DNA of 63,687 bases, filler included, from Rhabdomonas costata (Eukaryota), in NCBI GenBank assembly GCA_019059605.1. It is 51 parts of 51 records of this genome, joined end to end, with 100 filler letters (N's around TTAATTAATTAA, not from the genome) between each part and the next. Parts side by side here need not be neighbours in the genome. Positions count along the whole stretch, not along the records: positions 38,776 to 39,926 come from JAHMHO010026126.1; positions 40,027 to 41,177 come from JAHMHO010026127.1; positions 41,278 to 42,428 come from JAHMHO010026128.1; positions 42,529 to 43,674 come from JAHMHO010026129.1; positions 43,775 to 44,925 come from JAHMHO010026130.1; positions 45,026 to 46,176 come from JAHMHO010026131.1; positions 46,277 to 47,427 come from JAHMHO010026132.1; positions 47,528 to 48,678 come from JAHMHO010026133.1; 43 more parts are not named here. One strand, written 5' to 3'. Below, piece by piece: positions 39,105 to 52,985 of the stretch (position 1 is its first letter; the number at the start of each line of letters is the position of its first letter). The notes below the pieces were generated by a model, which made no database searches, was not told where the DNA came from, and saw nothing but the letters and a program-made list of their open reading frames with translations. Both the position numbers and the translations under genes were made by a program.

Positions 39105-39803
39105 GCTTTTTTGTGCGAGCTCTGTGAGAAGCTCATTGACCAGATGACCACCCTAACTGATCGCTTTGAGGACGAAAAGCACCGCAGTGCAGCTCTCGCG
39201 GAAGAGCTTGAGGTGCTCTTTCATGGAGCTTTCTCCCAGCTGCCTTAGTTTCATTTTTTCTGAGATCTCAGTTCTATATGCAGGAACAGAAATATCAGTG
39301 CGTCGTTTGCAAAATCGTTTGTGCCAAAGGGAGAGCACGTTCTTTACCTCCCTCGTGCGCGTGTCTATCAAAACCCTGTCGTTGAGAAGACGCGCCCTTT
39401 CCAATCGTCTGACCACCCAGAGGGCGACGTGAACTCGAATTCCAGCTGTAAGTTGGCTGTCTCACTTTCTTGTAAGTGACGTGACTCGGTGAACTTCGCT
39501 CGTTCATGCACATTTAATTCTGGTTTGCTTGGGATACATCGGGATGCGCCGCATCGTACAGAACAATCAGACTGTGACCATCTTCTCAAGTTCTCAAGCA
39601 TATTTTCCAGCCTCCTGTTTTTTTGTGGGGCATAACGGAAGGTTGACGTAGAAGAAAGCAGATCCACACCTGTGGTAGGTGAATGGAGGTGGTGTGGAAA
39701 CGCATGAAGCCCTTTTCTCGGGTCAGGGAGTGAGAAAGTGCAACCATGAGCTGCGCAAGAAGGTGCAGCGGCTCGAGAGGAACGCCGCAGCGGCCCAGCA
39801 AGC
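39105..39803 (+). CDS. Coiled-coil protein, two exons (39105-39212, 39727-~39803)
   Basis: DRFEDEKHRSAALAEELE|GVRKCNHELRKKVQRLERN; phase-0 GT-AG intron. Confidence 0.6.
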
Positions 39804-40026
39804 GTACGCTGCAACTTCACATCCCTTTCTTCTGCGCGTCATTTTGCTTCTCTGTCCTGACTACGCGATTGTGCATCCCTCAAAAATGCACTATCGCGTA
39901 GCCAGGAACGAGAAGCAAAACAACACNNNNNNNNNNNNNNNNNNNNNNNNNNNNNNNNNNNNNNNNNNNNTTAATTAATTAANNNNNNNNNNNNNNNNNN
40001 NNNNNNNNNNNNNNNNNNNNNNNNNN

Positions 40027-40260
40027 GTTGTTGGGGTTAACACTCCAGGAACTGAAGCTGGAAAGATGTGCGCAAATTCTTGTTTTAACTTCTTGATCTC
40101 TGGAGGTGTTGGAAACACAGCACAAGTGTGGCCACAAATGCTGTGGTCCACATCCTTAATTAACTTCTCAACTTCCTTCCTGAGCGAATCTCGCAACTTC
40201 GTTTGGACATCAAGGTTGAGTGATGTGGGGGTATGGAAGATCAGAAAGTAACTGTGAAAC
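40027..40260 (-). mobile_element. Possible Ty3/gypsy pol fragment just upstream of RT
   Basis: EIKKLKQEFAHIFP..VPG resembles the 'LxxEFxDVFP...PG' linker; contig ends before any RT motif. Confidence 0.3.
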
Positions 40261-43200
40261 TTCCTGGCTCCACTGACCTTTTACGAGTCTTATGCAAATG
40301 TCCACCTTACTTACGAGATTTCTACTTCTGCATCCAACACATTCAATTGGTGGTTTTTGACCTCTCTGAAAACCTCTGAAAGTGGATGGTGGCTCACAAC
40401 CGCCAACTCAGCATTTGTCAATCGTTCTCCGCACAACATTTCCCGCAGTTCTCATCTGCTCTGGACATTATTCCTGCTTTCCGTTATTATTATTCCTCTG
40501 AAATTTATGAACCAGTCAGAATTGTTCTGCTCTGCACCGGACTTCAACACCATTAATGAGCCCGTTCGTGCACTTTCTGGCTTATGAAAACTTGTCTAAG
40601 TCTCTGCAACCTTCGTCGCCACCTTTTTACGACTTTTTACACGCTTTTTTCTAAAGTGGCACTATGAATCACCTCTGTGGCTGCCTCCTGTGTTACTCTG
40701 CGTGGGATGGGGCTTCGGGGATGCTCTACATTATCAACTCTGGCTGATCTGAGCACGGGTCTGTCAGTCTCTGCAAAGTCTTAGCGGGACTGTGCCTGGA
40801 GCTATGCACCATACTTGCACTGACTGAGGTCCTGAATGTGGACGAAGTGGGCCTCTTAGGTGTGGCAAGAGGTGCCATGCCTCCTGCCACACTAGTTTGA
40901 CTGATCCACACTCTTCTGAAATTCACCAACTGAACCCTTGGCACACTTCCCTGAACCTACTCCGTCTTAGAAAGTTCACATTACCTATAAAAGTGGCTCG
41001 TACTTCAACAATGCATACACACTATGGAAGGGATCTGCGGCTTCGCGTTCTCCAAACTTGAACTCGGAAAAGATGACTCCCTCCTGCTCCCTGTGGAAGT
41101 CGGGCTTGGAGGCGTGGAGACATCTGCCCTCCTGGGAAACGAAGGAATTCTGGGTTCAAGTTTGGAGAACACCAACCNNNNNNNNNNNNNNNNNNNNNNN
41201 NNNNNNNNNNNNNNNNNNNNNTTAATTAATTAANNNNNNNNNNNNNNNNNNNNNNNNNNNNNNNNNNNNNNNNNNNNGGGGGGGTTGTTTTCAAGTTCCA
41301 TTGCATCATTCTCTGTTTCTCTCTCAGTCCCTTACTCACGCATGACTCATTCACTCACACAGTCAAACAGTCAAGGACTGGGGGGAATTCTCCTCCCAAA
41401 CAGTGTGGCTACAACAATAATAGCACCTCCGCTCGCAATGCAAAAGGCGATCATTTTTTTGTTGACGGGGAAGATGAAGAGCAGAGCGAGAAAATGGGCT
41501 TGCGCACTGGCTGCTATGGATAGGCAGGGGTTTGAATTTATTTGACTCTCCCGCCAACTTGGGGAGCTTCTCATCACGATATCGGATGCAAGAGAATGAA
41601 GGGCGGTTGCTTTTCAGATTGCTATGTGAGGCCAGGGGTTTGGTGGATGGGCGGGTTGACGGGCGGGATGTCGCTGACACTTTCTGTGAATTCGCACACC
41701 CCAGCAGAAACATGTGGAAGCCGGAACTGTGGAGCGTGCACCACTCCCTGCAAAATTATTAGTGCAGATTTGTGGGTTCAGGTTGCCAAGAGCCAGTTGC
41801 CTGACCCCGTTCGCCGTGGGTTGACTTTGTAAATACGCTGTGGATGCTGTCGTAAACCCTCCCCTGCATGGGACAAGAAGCCGCCAGGGGTACCACAACC
41901 GACCGAGGGGGTGAAAGGTCAGAGAATTCTAACCCCAAGGATTGGGGTGGAAATCTTTAACAACAGATGATTGGCAACAAAGGGACTCTTTTTTGTCATA
42001 CCCTACTGCTTTCTCTTTGCATAGCTAAGGCTTCCCGCCGCGGCCCCGCTGACTGGGGACCCCTCCATCATTCTCCCAGCATTTTCCCTCAGCCCGGGGA
42101 GCACCTCCCTGCTCCAGCTTCAGCTCTGGGGTGCACCCACCTCCCCCTATGGGCTGCCCGCCGCCGCCACTGTCAACTTCACAGTGGTAGTGCAGCCAAG
42201 CGTGGTGACGGCGTTCATCGAGGGTGGGGATCGAGCTGCATCTGTCGCGGAGACGCTTGTCCTGGATGCCACGGGAAGCGTGGTGTGAGCAGGGCACTGA
42301 GCCAGATGGGAGGGAGGAGAGAAACGGATGATCGGAGGCTTGCGGGTGGTACACCGTTAGCGGGGACCGCCTCCCATCCGTGTGCGAAGAGTGTCACACA
42401 CGTGCGGGCGCCCCAGTTCCACCCAACCNNNNNNNNNNNNNNNNNNNNNNNNNNNNNNNNNNNNNNNNNNNNTTAATTAATTAANNNNNNNNNNNNNNNN
42501 NNNNNNNNNNNNNNNNNNNNNNNNNNNNGTGTGTGGTGTAAGGCAGAAACGGGTGAACTCTGAGTTGAGCATTCTGAATAATATGATGCCTTACTAGAGT
42601 GACTGGCGTTTCCAACCTGGCGGAGTGGTTGGGTCATCAGCAGGGCTCCGACTGCATTGGACGCTCTTCGTCGGGTTCTTTGCGACTGTGGGGTGGAGGT
42701 CGACTTTTTGTGGGATGCTTCGCATCTGAAATCGGAGGATGGGTCAGGTTCTGGGTGAGAGAGGCTAGGGATGTCGTGATGATGGATGCACTGTGGAGAA
42801 TAACAGAGAGAGAAAGAAGCGAGAAGAGAATGTTCCCCTTAGTCGGGCTCTGGTCGCCCTAGCCACTTTGTGGTACTTGCATTTGCCAGTGGCCTGGCCG
42901 GGATTAGCGACCCTTCTCCTCGTCCTCCTCGCTTCTCTCCCGGGGTTGAGAGGGAGAGAGAGCGCACCGACCCAAGAGTTCCGATAACTGTTCCGCTTGT
43001 TTCAAATGATCGCAACACGAAGCCTCGACCAGCAGTACACGCCGCAAGGATTTGAAAAATAAGGGAAAGTTGAATAGGGTGCAGGTCTCCGACTAGAAAT
43101 AGCTTGCATAAGGCGACCACTTCCTGGTCCCAGAAAAACCCAAGATCATGGGAAAGTCAAACACCTTGTTCACGGCCTCCAAGCGGCTCGCCAAATTGAC

Positions 43201-46200
43201 CCCATCCCCTGTGGAAGTGATAGGAAGCCAAGAATTAAACAGACAATCCTGTTTGTCTTCCCCAAATTGCCCAGTTTTCCCAGTTTTCCCAAATAGCCGA
43301 TGAGGTATTCCTCGAGCAGCTAGGAGACAGGAAACATATTCTTGTGGGGTGACGTGGAACAGCCAATGGGTGAATTCTTGCACAAACACCTCACAAGCAA
43401 AAGTACACCAGCCGAGAAGTAAAAATATAGAGAGGAAGAAATACACGGCACTTCTGCAGCACATGGGTCAGCACTGTAATTTCGAAGGTAAAAGTGTTAG
43501 ATACAAACAAAATCTTAAAATAAAAAACGACCAGAGTCCTTTTCACACCTGGAACCCTATCAACCAAAAAGAACAAGCAGACTGCGCACCCAGGCAGGTG
43601 TAGTTGATGCGGTGCTCGCAGCCGACATTCCCCACCAGCACAGCGTCCGTATTGATCCCAATGCGCATTCTGCANNNNNNNNNNNNNNNNNNNNNNNNNN
43701 NNNNNNNNNNNNNNNNNNTTAATTAATTAANNNNNNNNNNNNNNNNNNNNNNNNNNNNNNNNNNNNNNNNNNNNGTGGTGGGTGTGTTTGGGGTGTTGTT
43801 TTTACGTGTGGCCTGCCAGGCTGGATGTCTCTTTTCTTTCTCTCTTTTCTTCCTCTTCTTCATTGCATGGTCGTGGGCCTCTCTTTTGCCACCTTTGCGC
43901 CCCTCTTTTGTGGTTTGCTTTGCGCAGTACAGTTCCCCCCCCCCCCTTTTTTTTGGCTAATCCCCTTCCTCGTTCGTCCCTGCTCCACGGCTTTATCCAC
44001 CATTCTGCCTTTTGTGGGACGAGGGAAGGGTGAGCGACATGTACGTGCAGTGCGTATCTCTGTCTCTCCATTTACTAGGATGTGCACCCGCACACGCACC
44101 GATGAGGTGTCGGTGTAGAATGCCTTTCTTGCTCTTGTTGGCCCAAGGATTTCCGCGTTGTTTTTCTTCTCCATGTCGAACTCTGCTTACTCCCTTCGGC
44201 CTGCCTTGTACGTCTAGTGATTTTCTCTCCAGTCCTTTGCGATCACATGCAGTGAATCTTGCAGAAGCGTGCACGGTTCTCTGGTCAATGGGGGGGCGTC
44301 AAACGGTATAACTCCGTTCTGCCGTATAACGCCGTTATACGGTCGGTGCCGGCCACCCGATTCGGTTGCTGATTGTGTTGGGTGCTGGTTCAGACCAAGG
44401 CAAGCCAATTGTGAAATTGCAAGATTGAAATGGCTAAAAAGAAGAATGAAAAACTGAAAAAAAAAATCACACGACGGAGGGCTAAGCCGAAGCTGGCGTG
44501 GGATCTTGTGTACTTCCATTAGGCCTCCTGAAACGTTGTCTGGCCGGTCCTTGGGGTCAGGGGTTTCCTGGCCATTCTTCCTGGGCCGGTTGCGGTTCCC
44601 ATTGACAGCTCTTGTGCGCCGCTTCGTGCCTCACGCAGTGCAGCGGAGAGTTTAACTCAATGTATATGCAAAAAACCCCAACCACTAGTCAGGGAAATGG
44701 CTCACGGTCCTCGTCAGCAGAGCCATTCTGTTAACCTGTCTCGCCGTGTCTCCTGGTTGCGTAGAAATGAGCATTAGATTAGGGGGGAGAATCTGTGGGG
44801 AGGTTCCGCCTCCCTCCCTCTCTGCCGCTTCGGTTGCATATGGTGGTCTTGTTGGTCGAGGCAAATGCCTTCAACGGACGGTGTTTTTAACTTCAATCGA
44901 AATAGGTGCAGGGGGGGGGGGAATGNNNNNNNNNNNNNNNNNNNNNNNNNNNNNNNNNNNNNNNNNNNNTTAATTAATTAANNNNNNNNNNNNNNNNNNN
45001 NNNNNNNNNNNNNNNNNNNNNNNNNTTTTGTACTGAAGCGCTGTGTTTCTTTGAACCCTTACTCTCTCTCTGTCTTTGTAGCATTGAGTTGTGCCATTAC
45101 TGTTCTCTTGTCAACGGTTGTGTCCCTTTTGCTCCTCGAAGGGATTTCCTGGTTGCCACGGATGTCATGTTGTGTTTTAGGCCTGCTGATGGGCGCCGCC
45201 TTTGGGTGGCTGTTGTATATGGGGTGCCGGATTTTGGTGGTCGATGCAGCCCTTTCCACGCGCACACATGCACACACACGGTCTCAGTCTGTTGCTCCCT
45301 GCTCGGCTCTCATTTGAGCTTTCTTTGACGGTATGTGCGCTGTGTGCGGATGAGTTCCTAGGCTCATGGAGCGGGGTTACATTGTGGGGAGTGGTCTCGC
45401 GCTGACGTGACACCACGCACCGCACCACCGCATATTGGTTTTTCGTTCCTCAAGAATTAATGCAACTGGTGCAGAAGCGCAAAAACGCTTGGCTGGTCGA
45501 TGCGACACAACCACACAGCAAACACAGCAAGCAAACCAAACGCCCCTTGGCGTGCTGGGTTGGAGCGGTTGGAGCGAGAGACCGGACGACCGGGAAAAAA
45601 ACGACGCGACTGCATCTTTTCGGCTTGCGTATATATCTTCCACCCATTGCATGCCGTGGCAGATCCCCCCCCGACCCCGTTTCCTGCACGTTCTTTGCGT
45701 GCAGCTTTCACTGCATCACCTGCCCTTCTTTTTTTCTGCTTGCTCACCCTCTCCCATCGTTCTCCATCAGAATTCCACACCGAGCCTTTTTATCCATCCT
45801 CTATCTCTTCTGTTTTGTTCTACTGTCAGTTTCTCTCTCCCTGTCTCGATACGGTGATTACATCAGTACAGTCCGCTTCCTTCTGTACTGGCACGGCGTA
45901 GCATAGTGCACCTGCACCGCTAGCAGCTTTCGGTTGCACTCTGGGTACATCATCCTTCACTGTGCTGTTGTCACCGAGTGGAAGCTCTCCTTCTTCCCCG
46001 CTCTGAGCTCAGAATCCCCAATGGCAGTAGTTTTACTGACGTTGAACTGATTGCTGTTCTGCCCCGTTCCTGCACTCTGCGCCTAAGGTTAACGGGGCAG
46101 AACAGCAATCAGTTCAACGTCAGTAAAACTACTGCCATTGGGGATTCTGAGCTCAGCGATTCGGACACAACCCCCCNNNNNNNNNNNNNNNNNNNNNNNN

Positions 46201-47223
46201 NNNNNNNNNNNNNNNNNNNNTTAATTAATTAANNNNNNNNNNNNNNNNNNNNNNNNNNNNNNNNNNNNNNNNNNNNGTGTGGGGTTCCTCCTGGACTGCA
46301 GACTGGTTCTGCACTCACCGTTGATAAGCAGCTGGCCCAGCAGATGCAATTTAAGGCCTGCTGCTTATCAACGGTGAGTGCAGAACCAGTCTGCAGTCCA
46401 GGAGGAACCCTTCCCTGGAGACTATCCTTCAGTGCACAGGCTTGCGTGCCAAGGATGGCACATGCCCTCTCGGTTCAGAGAGCGTCGGAGCTGGAGGCGA
46501 ATCCTTAAAGAATAAAGAAAGGCAACGCATGAGACAAGATAAAGTGGGTATATTTCGGCTCAAATCGACTGGCCGCTACCTTCAGAGGCAGAGATAATAC
46601 AGTGGTGAGCCCCTGATAGTCCGGAGCAGACGCGCCGGTCGTGTGGAAATAGGCCGCAATACTTTGGGGGATCCCGATGTCTTCCTGCCCGAAGGATGCG
46701 GATCCGAGCAAGGTTCAAGTCGGCAGGCTCCGATTCCGTGTTGCTGCGGTGGTGTTATCTCGGATGCTAAGGTCATCTTGCTCCTCTCTGGGATCGTAAG
46801 GGTTCAGCAAAAAAGTCTCGCGCACGCGCCCGTCCAGAGGAGTCCTCCACCAAAGCCGTCGCTGCCTCTGGCTTGCCGCAAAGGCAAATTCCGCAAATCC
46901 CTGCGCGGTACGCCAATGAAGCCTGCAACCCTTTTGCGAGATTTTGCGAGAACAAACGAATCGGACTATCGATGTGTTTGGGTGGCCGCGTACGCCGCAC
47001 TCTGAATAATGGAAAGCTTGCTGTGGTTAGGATTAGGGTTCCCATCGCAAACCCTTAATGAACACGTTATATACCAAAAAATTGGGAGCATGAAGTTAAC
47101 TGAAACACTGAAAACCTCTTAAATTTCAATTCAATTTTGATGTTTTCATCCAGTATTTTCAACACGCCCTAAGTCAATGGAAAGCTGGTGTACTCATTTT
47201 GACCAAGCGGGAATATACCATAC

Positions 47224-47391
47224 CTGCCGCTTGGAGGTTAGGTGAGCCGAGGGTAGCACCGTGAAGCACTGGAAGTACATGGGACCCCAAAACAGAGTGT
47301 CTACCAAAGGCTCCAGCTGGGTGCACACCCGACCAACTGCCATGGCCTCCGCCACGCAACCCGGCACGAATTCCAGCACCAGAACCAAAAC
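47224..47391 (-). CDS. F-box-like exon
   Basis: VLVLVLEFV...AVGRVCTQL...LFWGPMY pattern; cag| and CAG|gtatgg boundaries. Confidence 0.55.
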
Positions 47392-50121
47392 CTGAACGCA
47401 GCGCGCAACGGCATGTGCTAACCACAANNNNNNNNNNNNNNNNNNNNNNNNNNNNNNNNNNNNNNNNNNNNTTAATTAATTAANNNNNNNNNNNNNNNNN
47501 NNNNNNNNNNNNNNNNNNNNNNNNNNNTTTGTGTTGTATGTTTAACGAGTCTTACACGACAAGTCGTTTGCGCTCACATTATTTACTGAACAGCCTTCTT
47601 TTGGTGAACTCGTGTTCCCACTGCCACTCCAACCTTTTGTGTGTGGCGCTGTGCTCCTCGACCCTTCTTGGGCATTCTCACCGGTACCTACATTTGTGGA
47701 TGTGGCACCGCCTGCATCCTCCAGTATCTGTATATGGGTCATCCTCCATGTCTTCTATCCGTCAACTCTCTTTAAGTGGAGCACATGGCGACTGTTTCAT
47801 AAAAACATCAACCTCAATCTCTCTGAACATTTACGAGCTCTCTGGCGCACTCCTAAACTCATCCTCTGAAACTACTCTATTCTTCCACTTACTCCGATTT
47901 GTGTAACTCTTTTCACAAGCCACACCTGCTGCATACTGGTACGAAACCTTGGTGTACACCTCCGACAAACACTCTGTGAACCTACACCCTGAATTTCCCG
48001 CAAGAACGCCTTCCAAGATGTAGAAACCACCAATGCAGCGTCAATGTAGACTCTATACTGGTCGGGACTCATCGGATCTCATCTGGTCATAAGCTAAGCC
48101 TCGGAACCAACGCATAAACTACATACAGCTTGTCCTTTTTAAATGTAAATGGTAAACGGTAAACGGTAAATGGACTTGACCTATCCGTTTGCTGTTTGAT
48201 AACCAACGAAACGGGCTACTCCGGCATATGCCGGGACTCTGTATGAGTAATAAACCATGGTTTCTGGAAAAAAAACTTTCAACAACGTCTGGATTCGTGA
48301 TGTGTCTGTTAGATGCTGCTCACATATCTCTCTGGAAAACAACGATTCCAACAGGGTGCTCAGTTCAAACGCTGTGGTTAAAACTACACAGATGCCGGGA
48401 ATTACTGTTATGTTCGCTCTCTTCTAAATAATGCATTCTTCTGGTAATCCACTGACATATGCGGATGTGTCTTCAACGCTTAGAGAACTGTGAACTTCTT
48501 CCCAGCCTCATACTTGGTTTGTGGATGGAGATGATACCCGTCTGGAAAGATCGGGACTTTTTGGACAAAATGTCTCCAGGTGTTAATCAACGCAACTACT
48601 CCAAGTACTCTGCATCTACGGTACTAGGCGAATCTACCACTGGAACATGTCTACTGTCACAGTGCTCCAACAAACAAANNNNNNNNNNNNNNNNNNNNNN
48701 NNNNNNNNNNNNNNNNNNNNNNTTAATTAATTAANNNNNNNNNNNNNNNNNNNNNNNNNNNNNNNNNNNNNNNNNNNNTGTGGGGTGTGGAGCTAACTGC
48801 CGTTTCCTATCTCTCTAGATAGGCCTTTGGATACTCTCCGCTGCCATGGCCGCTTCCTGTTGGATTAGCTCGTTGAGGTTAATGTTTCGTTCCTTCGGGG
48901 TCGCCAGCAGCCTTTTTTGTTGTGTAGTGGAATATCCACCCCTTGTATTGTGCTGAGATGAGGTCCTTGATAAACCTCACTGATGATGCCTATTCACACA
49001 GAGCGAGAATGTTAGGAGAGTCACTCCACGCGTTTTCTCGTGGCAGGTACACACACGGCCTTGAACAGCTCCGTCCCCGAAGTAAGGGCTCCTAGGATGC
49101 AACGGGACAGTCTTCGGAGGCAGTAGTGGGGCGGTGGTGGTGGCACAGAAGGAAGTGCAGGAAAAGGTTCACAGGGGTCCGGTGCATCTCACAGGTCGTG
49201 TCGGGGCAGAGCTGGAGGTGGTCAGTACTTTGCTCCTCATCCTTGTAGTGCTCCAGCAAATTAGCAAATTGCTGCAAAAAAAGTTGGCTGTGCTGGGTTT
49301 GAACCATAGGACGCGCCGTGCGAAGCACCAGGTTGCAAGGCTCTTGGATTAGGGATAGCTTTTGTTATCATCACAGGTATCATTCACGCGAGCGTGCGTG
49401 TTTACTTTTCCAATTTTTCACAGCACAAACATGCACAAGCGCAACCAAACAACTCCCCTAAAAATCGCCGAAAAAGAGCCTTCATGAGTGGTGTTGCGCG
49501 CCCTCGGCATATATCAATGGTCAGAGTACTGGTGGGTGCCAGTACTGTGTACTTCGGCCACAACACATGCACACGAAGTACTCTTTGTCTCCATGAAGCT
49601 CGAAGAGAGCCTCCGCAGCTAACTGAAATGTCAAGGAACGCAATAAACCTACCATATAAAAATGGTTCAGTCTTCGGTTGGGCATTCCTGGTGCAACAAA
49701 AACGTTGTCAGAAGCCATATTTCCCGTCCTCAACAGGGTGTTTTGCCATTTTACGGTTGCAAATTGAGGGTATGTGTGACTGTCAAGGTACGTTAATTCT
49801 AATAAAACGTACGCACGTAGCACGTCATTCAAAAAGTCGACTCTTGTGAAGTCGTGAGAGTGCGTACGTTTTATTAGAATTAACGTACCTTGACAGTCAC
49901 ACAAACCCCCAAACACAACCACACAACACNNNNNNNNNNNNNNNNNNNNNNNNNNNNNNNNNNNNNNNNNNNNTTAATTAATTAANNNNNNNNNNNNNNN
50001 NNNNNNNNNNNNNNNNNNNNNNNNNNNNNGGTTGTTGGGTGAACTCATTTTTCATTCTTTATTCTGACAAGAAAATACGCCTGTTCGATTATTTACTTTT
50101 TGTGGGTGTTCATATTTGCAG

Positions 50122-50796
50122 GGATCCATCGCCGAAACGGATGCCCCGGTCACCCCCTTGACCACCCAAGACCTACCCAGCGGTCCCATCGAGCACTCCG
50201 TCATGCTGACCATGTACGCCCGAAACCTGCTCCACCACCTTGGGAGCAACACCTCCGCGAAGTGCAAGAGGGTGGTGATCTCGGAGCAGCTGGAGCCTCC
50301 TCCCAGGATGCTTCTTATGGCCCGGATCCGCCCCGACGGCCCAGAAAGCCTCAGCATTGCCTTCACCGAAGAGTTCGAGGCCCTGCACACCGAGGCGGCG
50401 CAGCGAGCGGTGATCGCCTTCGCAGTGGTGGCGTTCGCCGTGCAGCAGTGGTCATTCGAGTTTCGACGCTTTCGAGCTCTTTATGCGCTGAACCTCGCAG
50501 GTTACCTTGCGGCGACTGGGGTAATGCTGGCCTTTATCGGGTCTGTGGTTGCTGGCCGGGACCCGGGCCTGCTTCCGACTTTGATTAGCTTTGCTTTCGT
50601 CGTGGTCGTGTGTGGTGAGCTTGGCGGCATGATTGCGGAGTGGTGGGAGGAGCGTCCCGTGTGGGTGGTGGTGAAGACCCTCTTCAGAGCCCGTGGTGAT
50701 GCAGATGCCCTCCGCTTTGTGCAGATCTTTGGGCACGAGCTGCGATTCTCGCGCTTGTCAGGCTCCCTGGAAGTTAGGGATACTGGTTTTTGCTAA
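50122..50796 (+). CDS. Terminal exon of multi-pass membrane protein
   Basis: ~224-codon open frame after tgcag| with about three hydrophobic segments. Confidence 0.7.
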   Translation, partial: GSIAETDAPVTPLTTQDLPSGPIEHSVMLTMYARNLLHHLGSNTSAKCKRVVISEQLEPPPRMLLMARIRPDGPESLSIAFTEEFEALHTEAAQRAVIAFAVVAFAVQQWSFEFRRFRALYALNLAGYLAATGVMLAFIGSVVAGRDPGLLPTLISFAFVVVVCGELGGMIAEWWEERPVWVVVKTLFRARGDADALRFVQIFGHELRFSRLSGSLEVRDTGFC

Positions 50797-51677
50797 GAAT
50801 CGGATGGGCTCTACTTTTTTCTCCTCTAAGGTTTAAGGGCGGTATGTTTCTACTCGGAACCGTGTGTCTGAGTCTCTTGGTGCTCATGATGTTCTATGTT
50901 GCACCTGCATGGAACAACAAGCCTGAGAGTTCAACTGTAATTGCTTCTTTCGGCTCATGCTCATTCTTATTTCTTTGTATATAATCGTTAGTGGGAAGTT
51001 TTGCAGCACTGAATTACTTCCATGATAGGCTGGAATTGCAGCGTAGCAAATCCGCTGCCAGCTTGTTGCAAAGAGTAGAACCGCACAAAACCCTCAACCC
51101 AAATGTTGGGGGGGGGGGCAGAGCCTCTCGCGTATTACCGTACGCATTCTTTGGACGCTGAAAAACCTGATTTAACCCACNNNNNNNNNNNNNNNNNNNN
51201 NNNNNNNNNNNNNNNNNNNNNNNNTTAATTAATTAANNNNNNNNNNNNNNNNNNNNNNNNNNNNNNNNNNNNNNNNNNNNGTTGTGGGGTCAAAAGGTTT
51301 CAGGAGTTCAATGTAAGTGTGCACCCATGAAATGAAATGAAATGATGGCGAAGCCTTGGTTAAGGTTGAGAAGCAGGGATGTAAGAAGCCGACCCCCAGG
51401 AGTCGCTGTCCCATTCATTTCATTGAATGGTAAAGTTTTAAAAGCAGTACCATGTGCACCAATTCTCTTACCAAGTTTCGAGCGCTTTAGCATTCTTATA
51501 AATAAAATAAACCATGACGCCGCTCACTCCACTGATTATATTGCTCGGAGATTCGCTGGAAATAAACCCGCTTTATAGATACCACGGTTCGGCTACCGCT
51601 ACCATCGGCAGCCCTGGGTATCAAGTATCCCTTCTTATGTTGTAATTAGGAGCGCAGCACAAACGTAAGTACTAGAA

Positions 51678-52265
51678 ATGGCGGAGGGTTATGCCAAGTT
51701 TGCAAACAAGGAATACAGGGCAGCATCCAACCTGGTAATACAGCAGACAGATGTTCCCAGGACGAGGCTGAATGAGCCCACGAGTGAGCCTCAAAGTTTG
51801 GCTAAAATGGTGACCACCATGAAGATGGGCGATCGATACCAAAAAACAAAGCCTGAAATTAAGAAAAAGTCCTCCTTTCCGCAATGTGTTTCTCATGTGC
51901 AATCATGGTTGCTTATTATATGGGTTTATCCTCTTTTTTCCTTTTTCCTTTTTAGGCGAAAGCTCCAGCCTGAATACGAATCTGCCGCCAAGAAGCTCAA
52001 AAAGGGTCGCCCTGGGGCACTTCCTCTGGTGAGCTACGGAGTTTACAAACCAAAACCAAAGGAAACAAAGGAGGTGCGTGTGTGTCTGTGTGCGGGCGCA
52101 AAAAACCAACAGGTGTGCAGAACAAGCAGCCTCCTCACCTCCTTTTTTCAGGTTTACACAGAGCTCCTCAACTTTGTTCAAGGTCAGCTCGGTGACGTTG
52201 ACCATGAAACCCTGGTGAATGCTGCAGACGATGTTCTGGAGGCTCTGAAGGACGAAAAAATAAAG
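51678..52265 (+). CDS. BRR2: U5 snRNP helicase Brr2 N-terminus (exons 51678-51868, 51956-52073, 52152-52265)
   Basis: EYRAASNLV, EPTSEPQSL, MGDR, YKPKPKETKE|VYTELL, LGD...AADDVLEALK match the SNRNP200 N-terminus; three GT donors. Confidence 0.92.
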
Positions 52266-52985
52266 GTGCCTTGGTGCCTTCAAAATTTGTTGCTCTGGGC
52301 GTTGCGCTGGAAGCGTGCCGATATCGCGCAAGTAAGAAGGGAGAGAGGTGTGCGATGTTTCGCGGCAACGCGAACATCCCCACAACCCGCAGAGAGCAAG
52401 AAAAGGTTCAGCGCGGGATGCGGCTTCTCTGNNNNNNNNNNNNNNNNNNNNNNNNNNNNNNNNNNNNNNNNNNNNTTAATTAATTAANNNNNNNNNNNNN
52501 NNNNNNNNNNNNNNNNNNNNNNNNNNNNNNNGGTTTTGGTGACTCCGTTTTACGAATGTTTCATCATACTTCTGAAGTGTGTGATTGTTTTGGAGTTGCA
52601 ACTCTTGTGCCTTTCCCAACCAAAAACAAGGCAAGCAAGAAGGAGCGGCACCAAAGCACACCACAGGGGAAAGCGAGGTTCAGCTCTCAAACTTTTTAGC
52701 TTTGACTCGCTTCCATTTTGCTTAGCCTGACTCAGATTAGCTTTTTCGCTTTAGGGGTCTCTATCCTAATCTCTTGAAATAGGAGTTGTTAATTACCGAG
52801 TTGTTATCATTTTAATACGTTATCTGATAATTGTAAAAGTCCTCCAATAGCTGGGTATTCAACTTGCCGATACTAGATGGACAAAAACTCAACAAACTCA
52901 AATGCACGTGCGCATCAAGGATTGCTTTTATCCCGGTGAGCCTTTATCTTCACATTCTCTTCTATAATCTTTCTAGATTGGGTTT

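Noticed and set aside
47529-48678. L1-like zinc finger, (GGTAAA)n tail and a WFVDG RNase H-like word
   Set aside because: Motifs are short, in different frames and too degraded to support a call
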